Positions 1 through 7,175 of a stretch of DNA of 10,309 nt are shown here, in pieces. The translations under genes were made by a program, and so were the position numbers. This stretch comes from Candidatus Helarchaeota archaeon (GTDB lineage: Archaea > Asgardarchaeota > Lokiarchaeia > Helarchaeales > RDOG01). The stretch covers positions 1-10,309 of the forward strand of contig JALGVI010000096.1 of NCBI GenBank assembly GCA_029838215.1. The letters are read 5' to 3'. Under the pieces are notes generated by a model that saw only the letters and a list, made by a program, of their open reading frames with translations, was not told where the DNA came from and searched no databases. Within the stretch, counting starts at the first letter, position 1. Every line of letters starts with the position of its first letter.

Positions 1-1637
1 AATTCCCAGATCTTTGGATTTTCATATTTTGAAAGATTTTCTTCTGCAAATTTCTTAATGCTTTCTTCGACGTCCTTCGTTAGTTCGACGTTCTCTTGGA
101 GTTGTATCACGGCTTTAACGATTTCACTGCCGGGTCGTTTTGGGTTTTCGACACCGATGATGGCACAAATTTGTATGTCGGGATGTTTTGTCAACACGTC
201 TTCGACATGAACGCTGTATACTTTGTAGCCGCTCACGTTCAACATGTCTTTTGTCCTGTCAACGATTTTGATATAACCATCCTCATCCATTTCGCCGACA
301 TCACCGGTATGTAACCAGCCGTCCTTGTCAATTGTTTGAGCCGTGGCTTCCGGCTTTTTATAATAGCCGCTCGTTATTTGTGGTCCTTTCACAAGGATCT
401 CGCCACGTTCTCCGATTCCAACAGCTTCTCCAGTCTCGATGTTTACTAACTTGATTTCAGTATTCGGAAGTGGCAAGCCGACGGTTCCAATTTTTTTAGG
501 GCCAAATCGTGGATTCGCTGTTACTAATGGAGATGCCTCAGTCATTCCATACACTTCAAGAACCTTTCCTTGAGCGTTCATGTGCTCTTCAAATTCACGA
601 ATGCTTTCGGCAGGGAATGGAGCCGCACCGCTCACGTAGATTGAAATATTATCCAAGACTTCATTAGGAATTGTCAGGGATTTTGGATTGCTTTTTATCA
701 TCATGTATAGCGTCGGAACGTTCGCAATAACAGTCGGTTTGTGTTCAATGATTTTCTTTATGATGAGATTCGTATCTCTGGGATTGGGAATCAAGATTTG
801 CGTTCCTGAAACGAAGGTAGCCACGTCCATTACTAGAGTCCCTGCAATGTGGAAATATGGGAACGCTGAACAGGCTATTTCGCTTTCGAATTGAGCCCAT
901 TCTTTCCATTGTAATATATTTGCATGAATATTTTTATGCGTGAGTTCGGTACCCTTCGGGCGCCCCGTGGTTCCGCCAGTGTAGTATAAAAAAGCTAAAT
1001 CTTTCTCAGGATCGATTTTTACAGGTTTTACATTTATCGGTGTGGATAGGGTGTCAACGAATTTCACGATTTTTTTTCCGGGAAAAGGAGTAACCTTACC
1101 AGATGGAATTTTCTTAAAAAGCTTTGCTAAAAACACTTTAAGCGTTCCAAAACCCATGAAAGTTGAGAGATCGATAGGAATAACGCATTCAAGTTTCGGT
1201 ACTTTATCCAAAACGGGTTTCAAGAGCTTTGCGTAAATTATATTCAATGTCACGATAAATTTTGCCTCGCTGTCATTTAATTGATAAACGACTTCATCTT
1301 GACTTAGCAGGGGCGAGCAACCCGAGCAAACGCCTCCCGCCAATAGTGTTCCGAAGTGAGTAATTAAGTATTGAGGTGAGTTTACAATGTTTATCGCAAC
1401 GACGTCCCCTTTTTTCAGTCCATTCTCCTGTAAAAAAGTAGCAAAACGCTGTATGTATTCCCATAATTCAGAATAGGGAATTGTTCGGTTCATAAAAATG
1501 CAGGCAGCTTTATCAGGATATTTCTGCAATGCTCGAGCAAACACTTCACCTAAATTCTCATATTTTAAATCAAGAGTTGGTGCTAAATGCTTATCATAAG
1601 ATTTTGTCCAAAATTTTGATGCTATTTTCTCCGCCAT
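1..1637 (-). CDS. fadD: Long-chain-fatty-acid--CoA ligase (AMP-binding/ANL family, FadD/LcfA-like); 3' end truncated by the window edge
   Basis: Not in the ORF track because the stop lies outside the window. I translated it by hand from ATG at 1637: MAEKIASKFWTKSYDKHLAPT..., open for 545 codons to ...ENPKIWE at position 3. It has the AMP-binding P-loop YYTGGTTGRPKG (951-986), FPYFHIAG, SGAAPF, YGMTE (537-551), GEILVKGPQ, GWLHTGD (TGD at 300-308) and IVDRTKDMLNVSGYKVY. An AGAGG SD-like sequence lies upstream. Chain-length specificity is inferred from family resemblance only. Confidence 0.93.
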   Translation of the reverse strand, partial: MAEKIASKFWTKSYDKHLAPTLDLKYENLGEVFARALQKYPDKAACIFMNRTIPYSELWEYIQRFATFLQENGLKKGDVVAINIVNSPQYLITHFGTLLAGGVCSGCSPLLSQDEVVYQLNDSEAKFIVTLNIIYAKLLKPVLDKVPKLECVIPIDLSTFMGFGTLKVFLAKLFKKIPSGKVTPFPGKKIVKFVDTLSTPINVKPVKIDPEKDLAFLYYTGGTTGRPKGTELTHKNIHANILQWKEWAQFESEIACSAFPYFHIAGTLVMDVATFVSGTQILIPNPRDTNLIIKKIIEHKPTVIANVPTLYMMIKSNPKSLTIPNEVLDNISIYVSGAAPFPAESIREFEEHMNAQGKVLEVYGMTEASPLVTANPRFGPKKIGTVGLPLPNTEIKLVNIETGEAVGIGERGEILVKGPQITSGYYKKPEATAQTIDKDGWLHTGDVGEMDEDGYIKIVDRTKDMLNVSGYKVYSVHVEDVLTKHPDIQICAIIGVENPKRPGSEIVKAVIQLQENVELTKDVEESIKKFAEENLSKYENPKIWE

Positions 1638-1788
1638 CTAAAAAGCCTCTCTTTTTTTGTGATCGGTTTTAAATATTTTGAGTATTTAATATGTTTGATC
1701 TTCTATATATTTAATCTTGAGTTGAAGACTAAAAATACATGAATGCAAGAATTGAATTTTAATTAAAAATATCCATGGAAGGACTATA
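1638..1788. promoter_or_regulatory. Divergent promoter region between fadD and tldD, with candidate TATA boxes
   Basis: 151-bp very AT-rich spacer between divergent start codons. TTTTAAAT at 1667-1674 is about 30 bp upstream of the fadD ATG. The palindrome TTTTAATTAAAA at 1757-1768 is about 25 bp upstream of the tldD ATG. SD-like GAAGGA at 1778-1783. The exact boxes are inferred. Confidence 0.45.
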
Positions 1789-3189
1789 ATGGTTGAAAAG
1801 GATCTCACGCTCCTTGCTCCTGAGGAAATATTTGATGCATTTACGGAAATCATTTCGGGTTTTAGTTCAACCGACCTATATGCAGACATCCTGTATGATT
1901 GCACGAGTTCATTGAGAATTCACAAGACAAAATCGAAAGAAACCATTACCGTAAATCCAAAAACGGCAGGCATTGTGATTCGCGCGTATGGAGATGTTTG
2001 GAGTGAGATAGCAGTAACGTCTCTTGGAGATCTTGCAGACGCGGCACGCAGGCTTCAAGAAAGATCAAGCAAGCAAAAGCTTCCTTTAACATCTCAAGAC
2101 CCGTATAAATTAAACGAAAAAATAACTCCTAAAATCCCCCACGATTCTATCTCTTTGGAGGAAAAATTATCCGAAATTCAAGAACGTTTTAAACTCATGG
2201 AGAAACATGATGAACGGATCATAAATCCGATAATTGCTTATTCCGAAAGCCAAGTGGAACGAATACTCGTGAACACGGAAGGGGCAGAATTGCGACAAGT
2301 CATACCGCGGACGAGAATTTTTTTGCAACCAATTGCAAGAGAAGGAGCTCGTACTGATTTTGATTATTATTCAGAGGGTGGTGAAGTAGGAGTTGAGATT
2401 CTAAAGAACTTATCCGCTGAAATTATCGAAACTGCAGTTAAAAACTCAATACAGATGTTAAAAGCGGAACACCCTCCTGCTGGGACATTTCCCGTAGTTT
2501 TAGATCCTGACATGACAGGATTGGTTGCACACGAAAGCTTCGGACACGGATTAGAAGCAGATCAAGTCCTTCGTGATAGATCCTACTTAAAGCCATATTT
2601 TCAAAAACAAGTGGCTTCAGAAATAACAAATATTTTTGACGGACCTACTGTTGAAGGTCAAGTCGGAACTTTTTTCTTTGATGATGAAGGCATCCCTGCA
2701 CAAACCACTCAACTCGTGCAAGACGGCATTCTCGTAAATTTCTTGCACACACGAGAAACGGCAGCAATGTTAAATGCCAAGCCTCGGGGTAACGGACGCA
2801 GGGAATCATTTGCACATAATGTTTACGTGAGAATGACAAATACCTATTTTCAGGCAGGAAATCATGACCTTGAAGAATTATTTGAAGGCATCAAGAAAGG
2901 AGTATTTCTAGTCAGAGGATATTTTGGAATGGAAGACCCACTTGGGGGAGGCATGCAATGCACGTCGAAAAAGGGATTTTTGATCGAGAATGGAGAGATA
3001 TCGAAATTACTCGGTCCTGTAACACTCTCGGGGAAAGTACTTGATCTCTTACAAAGCATTGATGCCATTAGTAAGGAAACCATAGAACTCCGTAGCGGCA
3101 TGTGCGGAAAAGGATACGAGGATTTCGTTCCGGTTTCATCAGGAGGACCGCACGTGCGAGCACAACACGCCATTGTCGGACCAGGGTGA
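1789..3189 (+). CDS. tldD: TldD/PmbA family metalloprotease, catalytic TldD subunit (466 aa)
   Basis: HExxxH metal motif in VAHESFGHGLEAD, FFDDEGIP, GNGRRES and VRMTNTY. The C-terminal GMCGKG carries the conserved TldD metal-ligand Cys. Length is typical. Confidence 0.93.
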   Translation: MVEKDLTLLAPEEIFDAFTEIISGFSSTDLYADILYDCTSSLRIHKTKSKETITVNPKTAGIVIRAYGDVWSEIAVTSLGDLADAARRLQERSSKQKLPLTSQDPYKLNEKITPKIPHDSISLEEKLSEIQERFKLMEKHDERIINPIIAYSESQVERILVNTEGAELRQVIPRTRIFLQPIAREGARTDFDYYSEGGEVGVEILKNLSAEIIETAVKNSIQMLKAEHPPAGTFPVVLDPDMTGLVAHESFGHGLEADQVLRDRSYLKPYFQKQVASEITNIFDGPTVEGQVGTFFFDDEGIPAQTTQLVQDGILVNFLHTRETAAMLNAKPRGNGRRESFAHNVYVRMTNTYFQAGNHDLEELFEGIKKGVFLVRGYFGMEDPLGGGMQCTSKKGFLIENGEISKLLGPVTLSGKVLDLLQSIDAISKETIELRSGMCGKGYEDFVPVSSGGPHVRAQHAIVGPG

Positions 3190-3194
3190 GAAAA

Positions 3195-4523
3195 ATGCAA
3201 GAAAAATTGAAATTAATTGAAGAAAGACTCAAGCAAGCCAACGTGCAAGAACATGATGTATACTTGATCCAGGAGACGCTCTACGAAAATCAGTATTTAA
3301 AAAACAAGATTCAAATTTCACGGAGTGCCACGACGACAAGTTACTTCCTGCGAGTTCTTGAACAAAAAAAAGATGCAACGGGAATTGGAATCGTCCGAAC
3401 CAATGCCTTTAGTCCATCCCAAATTGACGCCGCAATAAACACGGCAAAAAAATTGGCAAGAATCAATAAATCCCCAAAATATGACTTGCCTGATTCAAAT
3501 CAATCATACTCGAACGTGAAAGTGGCAGAAACTCAAGTCATGGACGATCCAGAGCAGGTACTTCAAGATAAATCAGAAGAATTACTAAATGAGATCTCAA
3601 ATCAGAAAGCAGTGGTTCCGACTTTTGGACGTTTACGATTACATCATCAGAAAAAATATCTGATAAATGCAAAAGGATTGAATTTAAATTTAGAAAAAAC
3701 TTTCTTTTATTTAGAACTCTCCTTAAAATCTCAGTCCAGAGGAGACATCGCAGAATATTGGGGAAAAGGATATCATAAAAACACGAACGACCTGAATTTT
3801 TCCGAAATAATTCCTGAATGGGCACGATTTTCTCAGGATAGTCTCAAGGCCAAACACCCGATACCAATGAAGGAATTAATTGTCGTATTCCCCCCAAGAG
3901 TTCTTCGAGAGGCTCTCGTGCCAGTCATTGGATTCCACGCATCAGGAAGGGCACGACACGAGCACATGAGCCAATTCCAAGAGAATAAAAAGGTTGGCAT
4001 GGAAAAAATCACCGTGTCTGATGACGGATTGCTGGAAAATGCACTGCAGACCAGTCCATGGGACGGAGAAGGAAATCCTTGCGGAAAGACAACCATTATA
4101 GAAAATGGCGTGTTTAAAAATTACATCTACGACCAGACATATGCGAGGTTAGAAAATGCAAAATCAACAGGAAATGGACTCAGAACAAGTGAAGGAAGCA
4201 TCATCAACGCACCCAGTAATTTCATAATTTCTCCAGGAACCGTGTCCGATGAAGAGATCATTGAAGAAATAAAAAACGGAATTTACGTGATGGAATTCTC
4301 CTGGCTGAACCCATCAGAAGTGACGGGAACATTTGGAGCTGAAATTCGTCTTGCTTACAAGATAGAAGATGGGCGGATTACAAAACCCATAAAAGGAGGA
4401 AATATCGGCGGAAACATCCTTGAAATGATCAAAAATATAAAACATGTTTCAAAAGAACGTAAATTGGTGGGAAATGTCTTATTCCCCTTGATGTCATTCG
4501 AGAATCTGATATTATCCACCTGA
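3195..4523 (+). CDS. tldE: TldE/PmbA family protein, non-catalytic partner subunit (442 aa)
   Basis: Same fold motifs as TldD (DDG...SPWDGEGNP, IIENGVFKNYIYD, STGNG, PSNFIISPG, GTFGAE, PIKGGNIGGN) but no HExxxH. I moved the start from 3102 to ATG 3195 (MQEKLK): SD-like GGTGA at 3185-3189 contains the tldD stop, and the first 31 aa of the long ORF overlap tldD. Confidence 0.88.
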   Translation: MQEKLKLIEERLKQANVQEHDVYLIQETLYENQYLKNKIQISRSATTTSYFLRVLEQKKDATGIGIVRTNAFSPSQIDAAINTAKKLARINKSPKYDLPDSNQSYSNVKVAETQVMDDPEQVLQDKSEELLNEISNQKAVVPTFGRLRLHHQKKYLINAKGLNLNLEKTFFYLELSLKSQSRGDIAEYWGKGYHKNTNDLNFSEIIPEWARFSQDSLKAKHPIPMKELIVVFPPRVLREALVPVIGFHASGRARHEHMSQFQENKKVGMEKITVSDDGLLENALQTSPWDGEGNPCGKTTIIENGVFKNYIYDQTYARLENAKSTGNGLRTSEGSIINAPSNFIISPGTVSDEEIIEEIKNGIYVMEFSWLNPSEVTGTFGAEIRLAYKIEDGRITKPIKGGNIGGNILEMIKNIKHVSKERKLVGNVLFPLMSFENLILST

Positions 4524-4550
4524 TATTGCGATGAATGATGCTGTCAACAG

Positions 4551-4560
4551 AATTTTTTTA
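4551..4560 (+). terminator. Candidate oligo-T terminator for tldDE, overlapping the vapC stop codon
   Basis: T7 run at 4553-4559, 30 bp after the tldE stop. Archaeal intrinsic terminators are oligo-T tracts. Confidence 0.35.
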
Positions 4561-4989
4561 ACAGAAATCATTATCTGAAAGAGAATTTAATGAAGAAATT
4601 GCCACTTTTTTAACCAGTTTTTCATCTGCAGTTATTATTGGTGCATTCAATGAAAAGCCTAATCCAATATAAGAAGAATCATAGATGGTAATCCCATATT
4701 GAAATGCTATTTTTATGGCTTGAGAAAACCACTTTTCGTAGTTAAATATTTTCAATTGAATGTCTTCCAGATTTTCGATGGCTTTCTTGACATCAAGCTC
4801 TCCAAATTCAGGATTATAACGTAGAGCATTTGCAACTTCATAAAAAAGCAAAGATGGGGCACAAAGCAAGATTTTTTGTTTCAAGAATTTTTCCTTGAGG
4901 AGAACTGCCTTATCAGTGTTTTTTTCAATATTAAACCATTTTATGACCACAGAAGCGTCGACAATGATTATTTGCGGAGTGTTCTCCAA
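4558..4989 (-). CDS. vapC: VapC-type PIN-domain toxin (ribonuclease), about 143 aa
   Basis: All four PIN acidic positions are present: IIVDASVVIKWF, FYEVANAL, ITIYDSSY, IITADEKL. Preferred start is TTG at 4989, 10 nt downstream of GGAGGAGG (5000-5007). It overlaps the antitoxin 3' end by 22 bp. Confidence 0.9.
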   Translation of the reverse strand: MENTPQIIIVDASVVIKWFNIEKNTDKAVLLKEKFLKQKILLCAPSLLFYEVANALRYNPEFGELDVKKAIENLEDIQLKIFNYEKWFSQAIKIAFQYGITIYDSSYIGLGFSLNAPIITADEKLVKKVAISSLNSLSDNDFC

Positions 4990-5222
4990 TGCTTTATTTC
5001 CTCCTCCCCAGACCATGAACCAGAGGTTTTTGTTCGTAATGTATCAATGTTACTTGATGCTTTTAGAGCCTTTTTAACATCAAAACTAGTATGTCTGAAA
5101 AATTCTTCCAAGATAAGTCTTTTTTCTACAGCTTCCCGCAGAATTTCAGACCAATTTATGTCTTTATATTGCTTCATTTTCTTTTTCAACCTTGAATCTA
5201 TCTTAAAACTAACGACTTCCAT
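4968..5222 (-). CDS. vapB: VapB-type antitoxin with N-terminal ribbon-helix-helix (CopG/MetJ-like) domain, 84 aa
   Basis: Alternating beta-strand VVSFKID followed by helices LKKKMKQY / INWSEILREAVEKRL (archaeal RHH antitoxin pattern). Charged C-tail SGEEEIKHWR. Lies directly upstream of and overlaps a PIN gene. Confidence 0.8.
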   Translation of the reverse strand: MEVVSFKIDSRLKKKMKQYKDINWSEILREAVEKRLILEEFFRHTSFDVKKALKASSNIDTLRTKTSGSWSGEEEIKHWRTLRK

Positions 5223-5236
5223 GATTAATAATATTT

Positions 5237-5272
5237 TACAAGTAATATTTAAGTATTACTTGTATTACTTGT
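5237..5272 (-). promoter_or_regulatory. vapBC promoter/operator: inverted repeat flanking a candidate TATA box, plus a third tandem half-site
   Basis: TACAAGTAATA (5237-5247) + tttaag + TATTACTTGTA (5254-5264) form perfect 11-bp arms. TATTACTTGT recurs at 5263-5272. The minus-strand reading CTTAAATA (5246-5253) lies 24-31 bp upstream of the vapB ATG. Confidence 0.6.
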
Positions 5273-5280
5273 CAATTTCG

Positions 5281-5294
5281 AATAACATGTTATT
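5281..5294. repeat. Perfect 14-bp palindrome AATAACATGTTATT in the vapB/nth divergent spacer
   Basis: Self-complementary sequence read directly. Function unknown. Confidence 0.55.
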
Positions 5295-5328
5295 AAATGT
5301 GCGGATGCCAAAAATTTACCGAGGATTC

Positions 5329-5338
5329 TTATTTAAAA
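5329..5338 (+). promoter_or_regulatory. Candidate TATA box for nth
   Basis: TTATTTAAAA about 20-30 bp upstream of the clustered in-frame ATGs at 5351, 5357 and 5360. Spacing fits a leaderless transcript starting near 5357-5360. Confidence 0.4.
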
Positions 5339-5350
5339 CCTGAGATGTAG

Positions 5351-6052
5351 ATGTTAATGATGAACGAGAAAGACAGGATTATAGAAATATACAGGCGGCT
5401 TAAGAAGATCCACGATGTCCCGACATTTCGCAAGTGTTCTTCATTTGAGGCTCTGATATTAACAATTCTTTCACAGAACACGAATGACAATAACCGCGAT
5501 AACGCGTACGAACAGTTATTGGAAACATTCGAGAAGATAACGCCCGAAATTCTTGCAGGGGCAGAGGTCGAAACAATCCGAGATGCAATCAAGGTTGCGG
5601 GATTGCACAACCAGAAATCAGCCCGACTCAAGAACGTATCGCAAGTTATTCTGGACGAATATGATGGTTCTGTAGATGCGATATTAGAACGACCATTAGG
5701 AGAAGCGCGTGAAATTCTCGTTGGTTTAAAAGGTGTCGGTTATAAAACGGCAGATATTCTGCTTTTATTTCATGCTGGATATCTGACGTTGCCAGTCGAT
5801 ACTCACATCACGCGGTTGAGCAAGCGTCTTGGATTTGCACCCGTTACCGCCAAGTATGAAGAGATTCGGAAGAATTTTCAAAAATACCTTGAACGATCCT
5901 TATTGATTTATAAGGAATTTCATTTGCTTTTAATAGAACACGGGAGGGCTACTTGTAAAGCGATAAAACCGGCGTGTTCGACTTGCATTCTCGAAGATCT
6001 CTGCCCAAAAATAATTACAAAAAAGCCAAAAAAATCAAAAAAGAAAAGTTGA
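5351..6052 (+). CDS. nth: Endonuclease III (HhH-GPD DNA glycosylase/AP lyase with 4Fe-4S cluster)
   Basis: LILTILSQNTND, HhH motif LKGVGYKTAD with the catalytic Lys, PVDTH with the catalytic Asp, and FCL motif CKAIKPACSTCILEDLC (C-x6-C-x2-C-x5-C). The true start may be 5357 or 5360. Confidence 0.95.
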   Translation: MLMMNEKDRIIEIYRRLKKIHDVPTFRKCSSFEALILTILSQNTNDNNRDNAYEQLLETFEKITPEILAGAEVETIRDAIKVAGLHNQKSARLKNVSQVILDEYDGSVDAILERPLGEAREILVGLKGVGYKTADILLLFHAGYLTLPVDTHITRLSKRLGFAPVTAKYEEIRKNFQKYLERSLLIYKEFHLLLIEHGRATCKAIKPACSTCILEDLCPKIITKKPKKSKKKS

Positions 6053-6106
6053 GTATAGTTTAGAACATATGACGATTTATTTTATTCCTGAATATTCAAC
6101 TCATTT

Positions 6107-6970
6107 GTGGTGGATTTTTTGATTAGAGAGCCCAGATATTCAGGGTCTTGGTATCCCGGAACAAAAAAAGAATTAGAAAGTCAATTAGAAAACTTCTTCA
6201 AATCTCATAAATTAGGACCCCGGATCACGCTTGAAGTGAATGATTCAGGGGATAGGAAGATCGTGTCCTTGGTCTCACCGCATGCAGGTTACGTGTATTC
6301 TGGTGCAATTGCGGCACACGGATTTGCCCAGCTTGCCTTGGATGGTCGACCCGATCTTTTCATAATAATAGGAATTAATCATCGTTCCTACACTTCAAAT
6401 CCTGCTTCAATACAGACGAAGGGTGGTTGGAAGACTCCATTAGGGATTGCACCAATTGCTGAAGAAATAGCAAGACAAATTTCGGAGTCAAATGAGAAAA
6501 TTCATAATGATCCAGGAACACATGCGGCAGAGCATTCTTTGGAGCTCCAACTTCCATTTCTCCAATATATTTATGGAGCGGAGATCAAGATCATTCCCAT
6601 CATCATTTCGATTCCCACGCTTGCAAACTGCCGAATGATTGGAACTACGGTTGCGGGAGCCATCCAAGATGAAAATGCCGTGATCATAGCGTCCACGGAT
6701 TTCACGCATTTTGAGGATGGAAAAACCGCAAAAGAACAAGATCAAAAAGCCCTTGATGCAATTCTCCAATTGGATGAAGAATTACTCATTGAAAATGTCA
6801 AAAACCACGGGATATCAATGTGCGGATATGGTTCTACGGCTGCAACAATCGTGGCATCAAAAAATTTGGGTGCGAAGCATGCAGAATTACTAAAATATGG
6901 GAATTCAGGAGATATCACTGGAGATTATTCAAATGTCGTGGGTTACGGAAGTTTAAAAATCTTCAAATAA
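6107..6970 (+). CDS. amrB: MEMO1 family protein (AmmeMemoRadiSam system protein B), 287 aa
   Basis: Motifs SGSWYP, PHAGYVYSG, IGINH, WKTPLG, EHSLELQLPFLQ, ASTDFTH, SMCGYG and VVGYGS. GTG start at 6107 or 6110. Confidence 0.93.
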   Translation: MVDFLIREPRYSGSWYPGTKKELESQLENFFKSHKLGPRITLEVNDSGDRKIVSLVSPHAGYVYSGAIAAHGFAQLALDGRPDLFIIIGINHRSYTSNPASIQTKGGWKTPLGIAPIAEEIARQISESNEKIHNDPGTHAAEHSLELQLPFLQYIYGAEIKIIPIIISIPTLANCRMIGTTVAGAIQDENAVIIASTDFTHFEDGKTAKEQDQKALDAILQLDEELLIENVKNHGISMCGYGSTAATIVASKNLGAKHAELLKYGNSGDITGDYSNVVGYGSLKIFK

Positions 6971-7122
6971 TGAGATCATCGAATAAAAAACATTCTTCCC
7001 AGTCTAACGTTCATATTTTTTGGATTTTAAAAAAAATCAGGTTGTTGAAAAGCCAGTTCCGTGAGAAATCTTACCTGTAATATCCATTTAAATAGAAGAA
7101 AAATCAATAATTTTCAAAATAA

Positions 7123-7145
7123 GCAATAAAAAAGCAGTTTATTGC
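7123..7145. promoter_or_regulatory. Inverted repeat GCAATAAA-N7-TTTATTGC upstream of pssA (candidate operator)
   Basis: Perfect 8-bp arms ending 30 bp upstream of the ATG at 7176. A candidate TATA box TTTAAATA lies at 7087-7094. Confidence 0.35.
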
Positions 7146-7175
7146 CAATAATTCAATAGACACGGAGCAAATCAG

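Noticed and set aside
96-1236. Small plus-strand ORFs 96-314, 688-894 and 1042-1236
   Set aside because: Antisense shadows of the acyl-CoA ligase with no motifs of their own.
3102-3194. Arg-rich 31-aa N-terminal extension of TldE in the ORF track
   Set aside because: It overlaps the conserved tldD C-terminus in another frame. ATG 3195 has an SD and a typical coupled arrangement.
4990-5016. Upstream start for vapC (MVWGGGNKA...)
   Set aside because: The GGG-rich codons are the SD sequence (GGAGGAGG) of the TTG start at 4989, and the PIN domain begins right after that start.
4876-5343. 155-aa plus-strand ORF antisense to vapB and its promoter (possible antisense antitoxin or overlapping gene)
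   Set aside because: No recognisable motif, composition typical of AT-rich antisense frames, and it runs through the operator and promoter DNA.
4524-5350. Insertion-sequence or transposon boundaries around vapBC
   Set aside because: No transposase or integrase, terminal inverted repeats or target-site duplication could be found by eye.
6089-6098. 10-bp palindrome TGAATATTCA just upstream of the MEMO1 start
   Set aside because: Short and AT-rich. Expected by chance in a window this size.
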